NCBI RefSeq assembly: GCF_000143415.4
Contig: NW_003314349.1
Span: 195,172-259,171, forward strand
From: Selaginella moellendorffii
Lineage: Eukaryota; Plantae; Lycopodiophyta
DNA: 64,000 nt
Reading direction: 5' to 3'
Part shown: positions 1-12,290 of the stretch, in pieces
How the letters are laid out: every line of letters starts with the position of its first letter
Numbering within the stretch: position 1 is the stretch's first letter
The notes under the pieces: generated by a model
Seen by the model: only the letters and a program-made list of their open reading frames with translations
Databases searched by the model: none
What the model was told of the DNA's origin: nothing
Position numbers and translations under genes: made by a program

Positions 1-2131
1 TTTAAGAACTTCTCGATGACATCTTTCCTTTGTGGCAAAATTAAACTCCTAGAAAGTTGCAAACAGAAGCTTGCTTGAAAGTAACAAGTTGACTTACCAA
101 TGGAACTGTCACATGACGTTTCTGATGTCGATAAATCCCCGAATCTCCTCGGCTCTCAAAGACCTGCAGCAAGTCGATGTGAATGTGAAACAAGACCAGG
201 AAATGACGACCTTTTTGTTGAATGGCAGTGCCTTGAACTTTGGAACTTTAGCTCGCTCATCTTGTACCAGTTCGTCGCTGCTTTTGGCCCTGAAAGAAGA
301 CTTGTAAAATGTGAGACTCTTAAGAGAAAGTAAGATACCTTGGCCGATCTGGTATGGAGATATGACCCGCAGGAGCAGACTTGCGTCTTTGCTTCTTCTT
401 TGTTGAGAGCTGAGGAGACAACAAATTGTTTTCAAATCGGACAAATAACAACAACAAACTTACGTTCAAAGGCTGCTCCACACACTTTAGCGAAGTATGC
501 TGCATAGCACGCTCGTTCGTTCTCAGATTGAATTCCTGTAGAACATTTGTCGACATACCGAAGTCTTATATTTTCGTATACCTGAAATCGTGGTAACTCA
601 GGAGTACTTCTCGGGAAAGCAGGCAAAGTCGGGGCTTGAAGGATCTGTGAACATTAAATGCGAGAATTTTCATCATGAGAAGTCTTACTTTCTTATTTGC
701 GGGGCGCGCTTTGAACTTTGGCATTTTAGAAAGAATTTCTTCCTCGAGCTCGGTAGCGCTCTTTACCCTGGTAAGACGATACGAATTAGTCTTATCAAAC
801 GATGTCAAAGCACGGGCAAAACAACTAGCCTCGGAGGTCGTGATCGAGAAGAAGTTTCTAGTTCTGGATCCTTTGGCCTTGACAATGTCAATTTTGGTTT
901 CTGATTTAATAGGACGTTAGAAATTAAAAAGTAAAATATGCTCTCACATTTTGCTTCTGAAAGGGTGCAGGTGTTCTAAGGTGAAACCGTTGAACTTGTT
1001 CAGCCACTGATACGAAAGTGCTCAGATCTCCCATCTGAAGGAGATCGCGTTAAACTTTAGACATACCAATATTCAAAAATCACCTTTGAAACACTGTCAT
1101 GTCCTCCTTTTCTATGCATTTGTGCTCTCTTGTCCGTTGAAAGCTGAAATATTTGAGGAACGGTTGGAGCAGGCGTATACTTATGCGCCTGCGCCTACAA
1201 TGTTGGCTTAGTTTTGAAACAACTAAAATGCATAGAACTCTCACCTGCTTTTGTCCTCCATCTAGTTTTCGTCTTTTACAGGAATTTCCTTGAGGTGTTG
1301 GGGCTGTTTGTTGCTTGGCAATGGCTTTCTTCTTTTTCGTAGTATCGTGAGTATGCCTGTAAGCATAGAAATCAAGCGTCGATTTAAATATTTCCAGTTT
1401 CATAGAAGATTACGTACCTTTTCATTTGTTTTTTCACAACGGCTGGTTCCCATAATCTCTTGGCAGGAAAATCTGCAGTCAAACCTGGTTGCATCCTGGC
1501 AGAATCTTCCGGCACTTCATCGCTGCCAGTGTCCGCGCTTACTATGAATTCATTTTTCTTGGGCGTTGAGAGATCTATCACCTCTGGCAAATCTGAACCA
1601 GCAGCTGCAACAAAACAAAAACGTCCAAGTTGAACATGATAAATCCTACTCACCCAGAGAAGTCGTCGTGGCTGTAGTGTCCGTTGTCTGGTTGTCTAAT
1701 CGGATCAAAAGCTTCAACTTCCTGTAAAAGTCGTGAGAAACAACAAGTCAAATTGCTGATAGCCTTACAGTTGCTCGTCTCTATCCGGATGTGTGATCTG
1801 GATCGAAATTAACATCACGTGTTAGGAAAAATCGTCGGAAACATTGTCTTTTTATCAGCCATCACAGACCTGGTCTTGTTTGGAGTCGGAGAATGCACAA
1901 GCTGTTAGAAGGAAATACCACACTATATTAATAGCACAAGAAAAAAAGATGGTGGAACTTACGTGATGGCTCGTAACCAGCAGCGATCTCAAACCACCTC
2001 TCCACGGCTCGGACCTGTTCTTCAGTCTCATCCACGCAGAAATCGAAGAAGCGCGGGGCACAAAACTCGTAGCAAATGTCGTGGCAGCTCAAGGGAGACA
2101 TCGGCCCTAACACCATCGCCATTGCCGCCAT
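1..2131 (-). CDS. TPX2: TPX2 (targeting protein for Xklp2)-like microtubule/Aurora-binding protein; multi-exon, 3' end lies outside the window
   Basis: First exon encodes the plant TPX2 N-terminal motif YEFCAPRFFDF..ETEEQVRAVERWF, followed by a GTAAGT donor near 1961. Later exons give KRRKLDGG, RAKQL, KSATELEEEILSKMPKFKARPANKK, STPELPRFQ/EFNLRTNERA and KVPKFKALPFNKK. Start codon (ATG 2131) is uncertain. Confidence 0.85.
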
Positions 2132-2991
2132 GCCAAGCTCCAATGCACTCTAATCCTAGGGTCACACCGATCGCGCCATTCTTTGGTCACATTCTTGGAT
2201 TTCTTGGAAATGCTCCACAATATGTCGGCGATCGAGAGGATTCTTGCTCACCGCTGCGATCAAAACCCCGATTCAATGAGGTGCGCGCAAAGATTGAGAG
2301 ACGAGAAGAGAGATCGGGAGGGAGATTTCAAGAACACTCACCAGGATCACCGCCATTGCCCCACAGCGCCGAGAATTAGGGGTTTACCACGCGAAACTCC
2401 TGCGATATTCACAGCATCACCTGGCAGCGCCAGCGTTAGATTCTCTACTCAAGAGCAAAATATTCCCATGTGAAAAGGCATATTCTACTATACTAAGAAT
2501 ATTCTAGATTCTAAATTCAAACCATTTTCTTATTTTCTTACCGCCCACGAGCGTCGACCAAATCCGGGGGAGACACGTGCAAGAAAGTGAAGCCGCGAAG
2601 AAGCTACTCTCCATTAATAAAGGAAGCTGCGCGGTTTGTCCGATTAAGCCAATTCGCTACGTGCTACCATGCCTTGCTCGTTCGTCAACTCGTCAAACAA
2701 AGAGTGCTGTGTGTGTGGCGGCATATCCACCTAACGCGGTACAACGCACCGTTACCCGCACGGTACACCAACCTCCCACCAGACCGCGCGGTCGTTTCGG
2801 GCGCCGCGCGCTCTAAAGGAAGCTAGTAGCGGCGCAGCCAGGCCCCACTATAGCGCCCGACCGGACCCAGCGGCGCCGCCGTGGTCCACGGGTCAATCCC
2901 CTTGCTTTATAGCCCATCTCTCTTCCTCCCCAGAGATAGAGGGCTCTCACTTTCTCTCTTTCCTTCTGGAACTTCTCCGCTATAGCAGCGC

Positions 2992-4134
2992 ATGGAGCTC
3001 TCGATCGAGAAACTGAGATCGCCCAGGAGGAGATCATCGTTCTCGAGTAGCTTCTTCCCGGAGGATCAAGCTAGCAGCGCTTGCTCCACCCCATTCGTGA
3101 GCGCCCCCTCCAGTCCCCGCTACTGCTACTACAGCGCGCCACCGAGTCCTCCTCCCAGGCATGATCTAGGCGGAGCCGAGGCGGCGGTGCCTTTCTCCTG
3201 GGAGGAGCGTCCAGGAACTCCAAAGTCATCGTCGCCAACTTCTTCTTCCAGGACGACGATGAAGAACTCGGTGGATCATCTGGCAGCCATGGGAATGGGA
3301 TTCCACTTCAGTGCTCCGGTGAGCCCCCAGCGAGGAGAATTCGACCACCAGGTGAATGGAGGATTGATCGACGAGTTTGAGTTTAGCTCCGCCAGGATAT
3401 CTGACGCCGACTCGGTAGTCTCCCACGCCGATGAGCTCTTCTTCCAAGGACAGATCCTTCCACTCACGCTTCCCAGCCGCTTAAAGCACCACAAGTCCAT
3501 CTCTCTTCAGCTCCAGGATTTTAGTCCACGGACGAGTGATGTCTTTAGCCCCGGAGCAGCGCTGTCCAGCCACCAGCTTCCATCTCCAAAACCGCTGCTC
3601 AAGTCACCACCCCGGCTATCCTCGCCTTTGCAATCTCCGCATCGATCCAGGTCGCCGTCCAAGCTTGCGAAGGTTGGCTTCGAGAATAGTTTTAGGAGCC
3701 GGTCTCGTCATCCTCCACCATCGTCTCCACGGAGAAGCTTGCGAGAGTTGCTCCACCTCAACGTGAGCACCAAGTTCGCCATCCTCAAGCCTTCCGACAG
3801 CCGGAGTGGCAGCAAATCTTCATCTGGAACCGACAGTAGAAGTGGCAGTCTCAAGTCCTCTGGAACTGACAGTAGAAGCTCCAGCAACTCCTCGTCGTCT
3901 CAGAGGTTCTCCAACTCGAGGAGCTCGTCCGTTTCATCGAGCGGAGGGAACTCCGCCGCGTCCAGGCAAGTCACTCCTGTGTCCTCGCGGGAGCTGCTCC
4001 AGAATTACAGCAAGAATCACAAGCCGCAAGAATTGAGAAGGAAGACGTTGCTACCTTACAGCCAGGGTCTTCTAGGATGTCTCAGCTGCCTCACGGTGCC
4101 GTCCCTCCGACGCGTTCAGGATCTGGACTATTAA
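2992..4134 (+). CDS. Intronless Ser/Pro-rich plant protein, DUF1645-like
   Basis: 380-aa ORF with motifs ACSTPFVSAPSSP, YYSAPPSP, VPFSWEERPGTPK, ADELFFQGQILPL and C-terminal LRRKTLLPYSQGLLGCL. Confidence 0.75.
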   Translation: MELSIEKLRSPRRRSSFSSSFFPEDQASSACSTPFVSAPSSPRYCYYSAPPSPPPRHDLGGAEAAVPFSWEERPGTPKSSSPTSSSRTTMKNSVDHLAAMGMGFHFSAPVSPQRGEFDHQVNGGLIDEFEFSSARISDADSVVSHADELFFQGQILPLTLPSRLKHHKSISLQLQDFSPRTSDVFSPGAALSSHQLPSPKPLLKSPPRLSSPLQSPHRSRSPSKLAKVGFENSFRSRSRHPPPSSPRRSLRELLHLNVSTKFAILKPSDSRSGSKSSSGTDSRSGSLKSSGTDSRSSSNSSSSQRFSNSRSSSVSSSGGNSAASRQVTPVSSRELLQNYSKNHKPQELRRKTLLPYSQGLLGCLSCLTVPSLRRVQDLDY

Positions 4135-4363
4135 AGTGGAAAAACGATGAACACGTTTGGTTTGGAAAAGAATACTTAATGGATCACTTACTGGATCGGA
4201 GGAACAAAGAAAAAAAAAAAAAGCTGTTTTGTTGCAGTAGCTAGATGCCGCACGAATGAATGCCCCTGTAAAGAAAAATGCCTGACAGTTTGTAATAGAA
4301 AAGCGAGCACGATGCACGCACAAGGAAAAAAAAGGAGGAAGCCTTACCAGTGAATATTCTGAT

Positions 4364-6036
4364 TCATCTTGCTTTTCTCTTTCTTGGCCGGACGTAAGAA
4401 GTCACTGGTTTCGGTAAAGCAACTCCAGCACTCCGGGAGAGTTGAGCAAGCTGTTGAAAAAGGGCTTTGCTTTCGTTGTTGATGAAAGCAATCGCAGTAC
4501 CCGGCTCATCCAATCTCGACGCTCTCCCGAGCTGATGAGTGTACTCCTGGACAGTGTTTGGCATGTCGAAGATGATCACCTGCGTGGCTCTGAGAAGATC
4601 CAACCCCCGCCCCAAAACTCCTGTAGCAACGATCACGTCCAAGCTCCCAACCAGGAAGCTTTTCAGCACCTCACGCCTCTCCTTCATTGCCTTGTGCCCG
4701 TGCAGCGAAGCGCACCGCAACTTCGTCACCTTGGAGATGGCGTCGGCCAAAAGCTCCGCTCCAAGTCTAGAGTTGACAAACACCACACCTGGCGGTTGGA
4801 AGCGCGAAGAACTCTGAAGAAAGTCAAACAACTTCTTCTTCTTGTTCTTCGTTTCCACCCAGACAACCGTCTGCTGCACGGCACCAGTGGGAGCACCCGG
4901 CGGACCCGCGGAGATGACCATCAAACTCTTCGCGATCGACGTCGCAAACTTCTCGATCTCGGGAGGAACAGTAGCCGAGAAAAGCATCACCTGCGGGGTC
5001 GGGAGAGCCCGGACGATCTGCATGACTTGCTCACGGAAGCCCCGTTCCAACATGCAGTCCACTTCGTCGAGCACGAGCACGGAAACTTTGGCCAAGTTGA
5101 CGTCCTCGTGCCTGGAAAGCACGTCCAAAAGCCTGCCTGGAGTCCCCACAATGAGCTCCACTCCCTTCCTGATCCTATACGCTTGCTGCGGCATCACATC
5201 TCCTCCGACCACCAGCGCGGTTTTGAAAGGCAGGCCCTTGGCGAGAATCTTAGCGTGGTCCTCCACCTGCGAGCTTAGCTCCCTTGTCGGCGTCAAGACC
5301 ATGGCGAGCGGAGGACGAGACGTCTCGTCGTCCTCGTCCGGACCTCCACTCCGGATCTTACAGCACCTGGCGATGATCGGCAGTAGAAAGCTCAGCGTTT
5401 TCCCGGATCCGGTGTGAGACGAGACGAGCAAGTCGCGCCCTGCGAGAGCTGCTGGGAGAACTTGCATCTGGATTGGAGTGGGAGCCTCGTAGCCAGCGCT
5501 TGACAAGTTCTCCATGAGCCTGGGAGCGAAGCCACACTGTCCAAAGTCGAGGATGGGAGGAGGTGGCGGAGCTCCTCCTCCTCCGCGGACCGAGACACCG
5601 ATGCTTTCTCTCAGAGCTAGAGCTTCCTGGATCGAAAGACCGCCTGTGATGGATTCCTGGTCGATCTCCCACTGCTCGTTCCTAGCCTTGTGAGAATTCG
5701 AAGTGAGCTCTTTGTACCTGACCACCACCTTCTTGCATTCCAGGCTACACACATCGTCCCCGGTCTCGTCGCAAATGTACTCCCCAAATCGCCCACACAC
5801 GGCGCACCGCGGCTCGCCATCGCCGGCATTTCGCTGCTCCACGCACCGCTCCTTGACGGGCTCGTCATCGACCTCTTCTACCAAAACCAGAGAAATTTCT
5901 TTGGAAAACCGATCCAATCCCACCGGCGCTTACCTTCACGATGCTCCTCCTGCGCCGCCGAGACGAGATCCCTCCTCCCGAGCTCCGGAACGCGCGATGG
6001 ATCTCCGCGCGCCGCTAGACAGCGTGGGAGGAACAT
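4364..6036 (-). CDS. RH41: zf-HIT + DEAD-box RNA helicase (RH41/DDX59 orthologue), 2 exons
   Basis: Zn finger CAVCGRFGEYICDETGDDVCSLECK, Q motif PTPIQ, HTGSGKT, PTREL, TPGRL, DEVD, SAT, RGLD, HQLGRASR. Exon 1 (ATG 6036, MFLPR...) splices in frame over a GT-AG intron at about 5879-5933. Confidence 0.9.
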
Positions 6037-6046
6037 AGCACATAGA

Positions 6047-6055
6047 AAACCCTAA
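6047..6055 (+). promoter_or_regulatory. Telo-box AAACCCTAA just upstream of the helicase ATG
   Basis: Exact motif about 10 bp upstream of the ATG. Telo-boxes are typical of plant RNA-processing and translation gene promoters. Confidence 0.45.
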
Positions 6056-6222
6056 TTTCTCACTCCAATTAAAACCAAGTATACATACAGTTAGCTCGCA
6101 ATCGTCCACCATAGCCAAGCCTTCGGACCTTCCACCGGAATTCTTCCAGTCTCGCCCAAGGAGCTCTTTGCGAGAGAGCTCCTCCTCGTCTTGGTGCTTG
6201 CTAGTTAAATGATTCGTTATTG

Positions 6223-9200
6223 TCATTGATCTTGGTCTTGATCTATAGCAGTGTGATCTTCGGCTGCGTGGTTAATTCCGTCCAGCTCTCCATCGTCGTC
6301 ACACATTTGAGTTTCCGCGTTAGCAGCAGCAGCTTGTTTCACGAACTGGCCTCTCACTCGCGGACGCTGCTCGGCCAGCCTCTTTCTACTTTGGTATCGG
6401 ACCTGGAAGAACAAGACATTAGAATTAGCTGTGACAATTCTCACATCTTCAAGCACTTGGAAATCGATCCATCAAAGGAAAAAAAAAAGCTTTCTCTCCT
6501 CGCACTCTCGTCAAGCATTGAGAAGATCACGAAAATGATAAAGTTCACAAAGCAAGGAAAAGAAAAAACCGAATTTTCAGAGCACAAGAAAAAAAAAACA
6601 GTTTTGAGACCTCTCTCCGCTCGCATTCTCGCCAAGCATGAAACTCTAATGCTTTCACTAGGAACTAAAAGCAAGGAAAAGAAAAATCGAACAAAAGAGA
6701 AAAACACGAAGAACACAACCAAAACGAAGAGAAACACGAAGAATACAAACAAAACGAAGAGAAACACAAGGAACACAAACAAAACGAAGAGAACGCGAAA
6801 AACACAAACAAAACGAGGGAAGCACGAAGAACACAAACGAAATGAGAAGAACACAAACAAGGCGAAGGAAGAACATACCTTCTTCTCGAAACACCGCTCT
6901 TTCCTCTTCTGCCGGAACTTGTAGAGAGCAACCTCTCGCCGCGTGAGCCGAGCACTGTCTGGAACTTGTGTTGCTCCACCCGCTTCATTGATGGTGTTAC
7001 TAGTGTTGCTACCATTGGTCACGCCCGTAGCAGCGGTAGCGTTCCCACCCCTACTGCTCCCATTGTTGGTACCACCACTGTCACCATTACCAGCCGCTAG
7101 ACTGCAGCTCCCCTGGCCTTTGTGGATGTTATTGTTGTTGGCACTAAGATTGTTGCTACCCGAGACGCTACCATTCACGCTACCATTGGTGCCATTCACG
7201 CCGCAGCCATTGCTACTGCCACCATTGCTCGCCTCCTCGTTGCCACCACTGTTGTTAGTAGCCCCACCGCCAACACCGGCCTTGGGAGCTTTGACGCTCA
7301 CGTTGGACGATCCACACTGCTGAGTGCTTCCAACTCTCATCAAGTTAGCATTGTTGGTAGTGTTGTTGTTGCTGGTGTTGGTGTTGTTGTTCACGGTTAG
7401 CTCGTCCTCCTCCTGCGGCTGCTGTGCATGCTGGTGGTGATGGTGGTGGTGGTGGTGGTGATGGTGGTGTTGTTGTTGTTGTTGCTGCTGCTGCTGCTGT
7501 TTTTGGCTTTGATCTTGCTGCTGTTCTTGGTGGTGGTGCTGCTGCTGCTGCTGGAGTTGGATATGATGCTGGAGCTGCTGTTGTTGTTGTTGCTGCTGCT
7601 GCTGCTGGTGAGGAGCTGCTAGCATCGGAGGCGGCCACGCCGGTGGAGAAGAGCCGTGGTAGAAAAAGTGATGGAGAGACTGAGCGTAAGCTGCCGCGAT
7701 GTCGTTAAATGCCACGAAGTCCGAGGCTGCGAGCTTGAACTGGGAGGCGGCGGCTGCGGCAGCGGCGGCAGCGGCCGCCACCGCCGCTGCCTCGGCTTTT
7801 GGAGGCTTGAGGACTTCAGCGGCCGCGGCCGCGGCGTTTGCATGGTGGTGATTCTGGTCTGCTGCTGCCGCTGGTGTGGATTTCTCGTTTCCAAACCAGA
7901 GGTTGGCGGCGATGGAAGAGCTCAAAGTCGAGTTGTGCTGGAGCAAAGGATTGTTGCTATACCTGAGACACGCAAAGTGTCAGTGATCTTTATCGTAAAA
8001 GTGAAAGAAAAAGATAAAAACCCGACCTTGAAAAGGCAGATCCACCGGAATGATGCAAGAGCCGCTTTTGCTCGCCATCGCCGTCGTCTGGCCCCTTAAC
8101 GCGCGTCCTTTTCAGCGACAACTCGAGCGCTGAATCGTTGGAAGGCACCGAGTTATCCTTGGAGTCTAGTTTCTCACCCGGCTGCTCAAACGCCGCTTGC
8201 TTCTGTATGCTCGCCAGTAAATCCTTGCACGAAGGCTCCCCTCCTCCTCCACTCTTCCCTCCCGCCGCGAGCGATGGAGCCCTCTCGAAAATGGTGATGG
8301 AACTCGAAATGGTGGACTTTGCTCCGAGAAGATGATCGCCGAGCAGCTGAGAAGCAGTCCTGCTTTTTTCCGCCATAGCCACCTCTCCGCAATCACGATC
8401 GATGTCGATCTCCTCTGCAAGCCAACCACCAGTTATCTCACGGAAAGATTGGACTCGAGAAAGAATACCACGTTTGTCACGCTGGAGAACCAGCTCCTCG
8501 GCGGCATGGCTTTGAACTTCCACTGGCTTCTTCGTCCACGAGCTCTGCAGGAGAGAAAGAGAGGCGTAGACACGAAAGAACGAAAGCGAGACGCTCAAAA
8601 AGCCTACCTGGGTACCGCTACCATTGTCACTCCCACCTCCGACGTTCAAGCCACTTCCATGCTCACTTCCACCGTAGCTCTGACTGTTGTTGTTCCCCCC
8701 GGCAGCCTTTCCAGTTTCACTTCCACTGCCACTGCCACTCGACTTTCGAGCACGCAGCCAAGAAAAACGGGATTTTTCATCAGCAAACACGAACTCCAAG
8801 GCATATGTCAACAGCTTACGCTCAGGCACATCCTCCAAAAGTGCTGCCACAGGTTCTTGAGCTCGTTCTTGCGAACCGGCTTCACGAGGAAGTCGACCGC
8901 GCCTTTGGACAAGCACTTGAGCACAACGTCCATCGAGTCCAGGCAAGACATCACTGCAAAAATCCGAGAAGCGTTAGACCATGGCACTCGCAAGCGCAGC
9001 AAACACTTACTAACAACTGGTATCCTCTTGGGTGAGTCACGGCTCATGATCTTGCCGAGGAGCTCGATCCCGGACAGCCGCGGCATCATCAAGTCCGTGA
9101 GCACCAAGTCGACGCTGCTGGATCTCGTCTCGAGGATCTCCCAGGCTTGCAAGCCACTAGCGGCAGGCGTGACTGAGATTCAAGCACAAGCACAGAGCCG

Positions 9201-9641
9201 ACAATTAGAATCGTGATCCGAGAAACCAAGACAGTAACCTTCGTAGCCACAGTTCCGGAGGAGCGCCGCCACGACGTGCCGGGTGGAGTCGTCGTCCTCC
9301 ACGAGAAGAACTTTAAGGTGGTGATGCTGGAAAGCATTCTCAGCTTGCTGCTGCTGGCGATGGCGATGCTTCTCCTCCCCCTCTGGCTGGAGCTCTTGCT
9401 CCTCCTTTTGGTTCCTCGCATGGATCTTCGAATTTGGCTCCGCATTCTTTAGATCGTTCCCGCTATCGTTGTCGTCGGAGCTATTGTTCGTGGGAGGAGC
9501 TCCATTCTCGTTGCTACCCTGTGCTCCTTTGCCATTCTCGCCGCTGGCCTCTCCCCTAAGAGCACACGACACGCTACTAGCTATGGTGGCGGTAGTAGTA
9601 GTAGTAGTACCGTTAACAAGCACGCCTTCCACCTTATTCAT
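6223..9641 (-). CDS. PRR7: Pseudo-response regulator, PRR7/3-type clock protein (receiver + CCT domain), about 7 exons
   Basis: Receiver KVLLVEDDDSTRHVVAALLRNCGYE..DLVLTDLMMP..KGAVDFLVKPVRKNELKNLWQH. Also QSSWTK, EAR-like LELSLKR, LHHSGGSAFSRY, CGSSN, and CCT domain RREVALYKFRQKRKERCFEKK|VRYQSRKRLAEQRPRVRGQFVKQ. Confidence 0.9.
6701..6870. repeat. About 30-bp minisatellite (5-6 copies) inside the PRR CCT-domain intron
   Basis: Unit approximately aaacacgaagaacacaaacaaaacgaagag, repeated with decay. Confidence 0.8.
7420..7610 (-). repeat. Coding trinucleotide repeats (poly-Gln/poly-His) in PRR
   Basis: (CAG/CAA)n and (CAC)n tracts within the long PRR exon. Confidence 0.85.
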
Positions 9642-10057
9642 CAAAGGAGACCCGCGATTCCTATCCTCGAGAGCTAAGATCCTAGACACCACTCCCTTGA
9701 TCTTGTGGCTGGATCAACCATCTGTCCCCTGTCCTACGCTTAGCCGGGACGGCGGCACTCCAGGAGCTCGGGGCTTCACCTCGCGGGACATTAGGAAACC
9801 CCGTGAGCTCCAGCTTGATCCTCCATGTCTGACCCACCGGGAAGATTTGCGCCCTTACCCACAATTCCCAGCGATCCGCGCTCCAACGCCCAGGAATTCC
9901 TGCGGCGCAGCACTGGCGAAGCTTGCGAAGCGAATCCACAGCGGCAAGGAAGGATAGACGCGAACAAAAGAAAGAAAGATTATAGTCGACCCTTCCACAA
10001 TCCTAGCTGGCGCACACCACGCGGACGTGGCTCAGCCAGCAGGGCGGAAATCTCGGA

Positions 10058-10277
10058 AGATTTTTCCCCGGCCAAGTCGAGCTGGCATGCCACGCGGCGT
10101 CCCGGGACTCGCTGATCCTGTCCACGTTGGCGGCGAATCATGCGGATCTAATGGAGGGACGCGAGTGGTGAGAGGATCAAATGGGTGGCCAACCAGCACA
10201 CGAGATATTTTGTGGACACGTGGCATTTTTACTAGCACGGGAACGACGAATTCTGGTGGTCGGCTTCCCTCCACGTG
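10058..10277 (-). promoter_or_regulatory. PRR promoter: CCA1-binding site (10058-10065), evening element (10203-10211), G-boxes (10217-10222, 10272-10277)
   Basis: AAAAATCT and AAAATATCT on the - strand plus two CACGTG sites, 400-640 bp upstream of the PRR ATG. Confidence 0.6.
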
Positions 10278-11474
10278 GCTAGGGTTAAGCTGCGGGAATA
10301 TTCGCTCAGACCCTACAATAAAGCAAAAGATAAAGTAAAAGCGCTTCGCTTTTTTCTCTTTAACGCGCTTTAGAAGGACTTGATCGATTCTGCTGCCAGT
10401 AGTAGAAACCTTTGGACAGGTGGGCTAAAGGTCGATCATTCCAGATACCATACTGTTAATCACTCAATCTATCTTAGAATATATTTCTTGACCGATTGTC
10501 CTTTTTATCGTGGTCTCTTGCTTTGAGAGCCACGTACCATCAAATTTATCCTTCTACGATAAGGATAAGCCTAGTATTTTATAACAACATATTGCTATGA
10601 AGTACAGTTGAATTCTTTATAAAGAACATTTTCATCCAAAGTATGCTAAGTAAGTTCTAACACAACAAATTAAGTGAATTCTCTAACAATATAGAGAATT
10701 GTGTGTCACAAGAATTGTCTACATATAGAGTGTTAACTTTTGTTTGGAAATGAAAAGTGTCTATAATCTATATATCTATGCCGACCTCTGCTGAGATCCA
10801 GCCCGTGCTCACCACATTTTTCGAAAGAAGAAACCGGTGACTATCCTCAGTGACATTCCTATCACTGCAGCGACGAGAAGCAACAGGACTCACAGCTGAG
10901 TTCCTTAAACACCCACTTACTATAATGCTTCGTCAACGCATTTGACACAGTTCCTTGCCACAACACCAAGTGAAGTTTCCGGGGTTCCTTTTCAGGATGG
11001 TGTGCATGAACAGTGTTCACAAGGCATGTTGTATGGTAGCTTCGCTAGTGTTGGCGCAGCTATTGATCGCAAGGCCTAGCGCTTTTATCCTGCACTTGAA
11101 ACCATCAACAAAAACCCTGACCTCGGAAAAGTGATATTTTCTTGACTTCAAGAAAAGCGAAGGCGCTAAAGTGATATCCAAACCGAATGCCTAGAGACTG
11201 TCTCACCCTTCAACCAGATCTGGAGCTAGAGAGCGCCCCAAGAAGGATTCGATTTAGGGTGTCTCTCTTCTTGATCTAACCTAGGCTTGATTTTTCTCCT
11301 GGGAAATGCGAGGACATGGATCTTTGGAGACGACGTACCTTGAGAACCGGGAGAGTCTTGCGAAGTCACTGAAAGACTCGTTGACTTTGGAGATGGGTTG
11401 CGTAAAGTATATATATCCCACCACACAAACTTTTGTTTGAATTGATGCGAAAATGAATATAGCGCTCAAGAATC

Positions 11475-12290
11475 CTAGAGTCGGAAGGTAACGAGCTCGG
11501 GATCAATGCCGGCGGGTGCCGTGCTGCCCTGGCCTGGATCGTGTGCCAGCTGCTTGGCAATCGCCATAGCGGTGCCCAGGTAATCTTTGTGCTGCTGGAG
11601 TAGTGGGAGTTTGGTCCATTCCTTGTGTAATGTGGCCTTGGCGGTGGTGTTGATGCTGTTCTTCTCCTCGTATTTCCAGTTCCCAGTCTGCCACTCGAAT
11701 TCGTAGAGGGGGAGAAAGCGCTGGCCATAGTCCGCCACGAACTCTATGGCGCACAGCAAGAAATGGAACTCTTCCTTGGAGAGGAAGTATGCGAAGTTCA
11801 AGCGCGTCCATCCAGGTTTGACACCGCTATATCCCTGTGAGAAAAAAAAAAAGGTTCTTTCCTCGTTAGAAAAAGCTCCTTGGCGAAACCTTCTATTGTT
11901 TTGCTTCTCAACCTCTTGAATTGCTGCTCGAAATTTCAGGGAGAGCTCATCACTGACTTTGATAAGCGAGTGGCCTTAAGGACCAGCACACGAGCATCCT
12001 CCTCTCGACTGGATCCCAAACAAATCGTTGAGGAGCTTGGCTACAAACCGGCCTTGCATCACGGTTTGCTGGATTCCACCGTTGGAATCAGTGGTCCGGA
12101 CGAGGAACGAGACGATTGCTGCTCGTTTCACTTGCGTGTTCCCGAGCACCACTATCTTTCGGTTCTTGGACAACCTTTTCAACGCGGTGGTGATGAAGTT
12201 GTGCTCTCTCGACTCGATGAGACGGTATCCCATTTCTTCTTGGACAGTGAAGACAATCCCGGCTTTTATCCGCTAGAGTATGGAAGGTGC
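11475..12290 (-). pseudogene. Class-V PLP enzyme copy A, 5'-truncated (last two exons only)
   Basis: Nearly identical to the 3' half of copies B-E. It has Q>TAG near 12275 and Y>TAA at 11976, and homology stops at about 12290. Confidence 0.85.

Noticed and set aside
2183-2826. Short ORFs and a single AACGG (MSA-like) site upstream of TPX2
   Set aside because: No homology cues, and one 5-mer is expected by chance.
4442-5417. Long + strand ORFs (278 aa, 191 aa)
   Set aside because: Antisense shadows of the GC-rich RH41 exon; no recognisable motifs.
6701-6870. CRISPR-like regular repeats
   Set aside because: No unique spacers, eukaryotic intron context and no cas genes.
6220-6924. 234-aa Lys/Thr/Asn-rich ORF
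   Set aside because: Antisense translation of the PRR intron minisatellite.
8332-9216. 294-aa + strand ORF
   Set aside because: Antisense to PRR exons.
10740-11220. Possible gene fragment between the PRR promoter and the array (also 12290-12600)
   Set aside because: No ORF or motif I can support.
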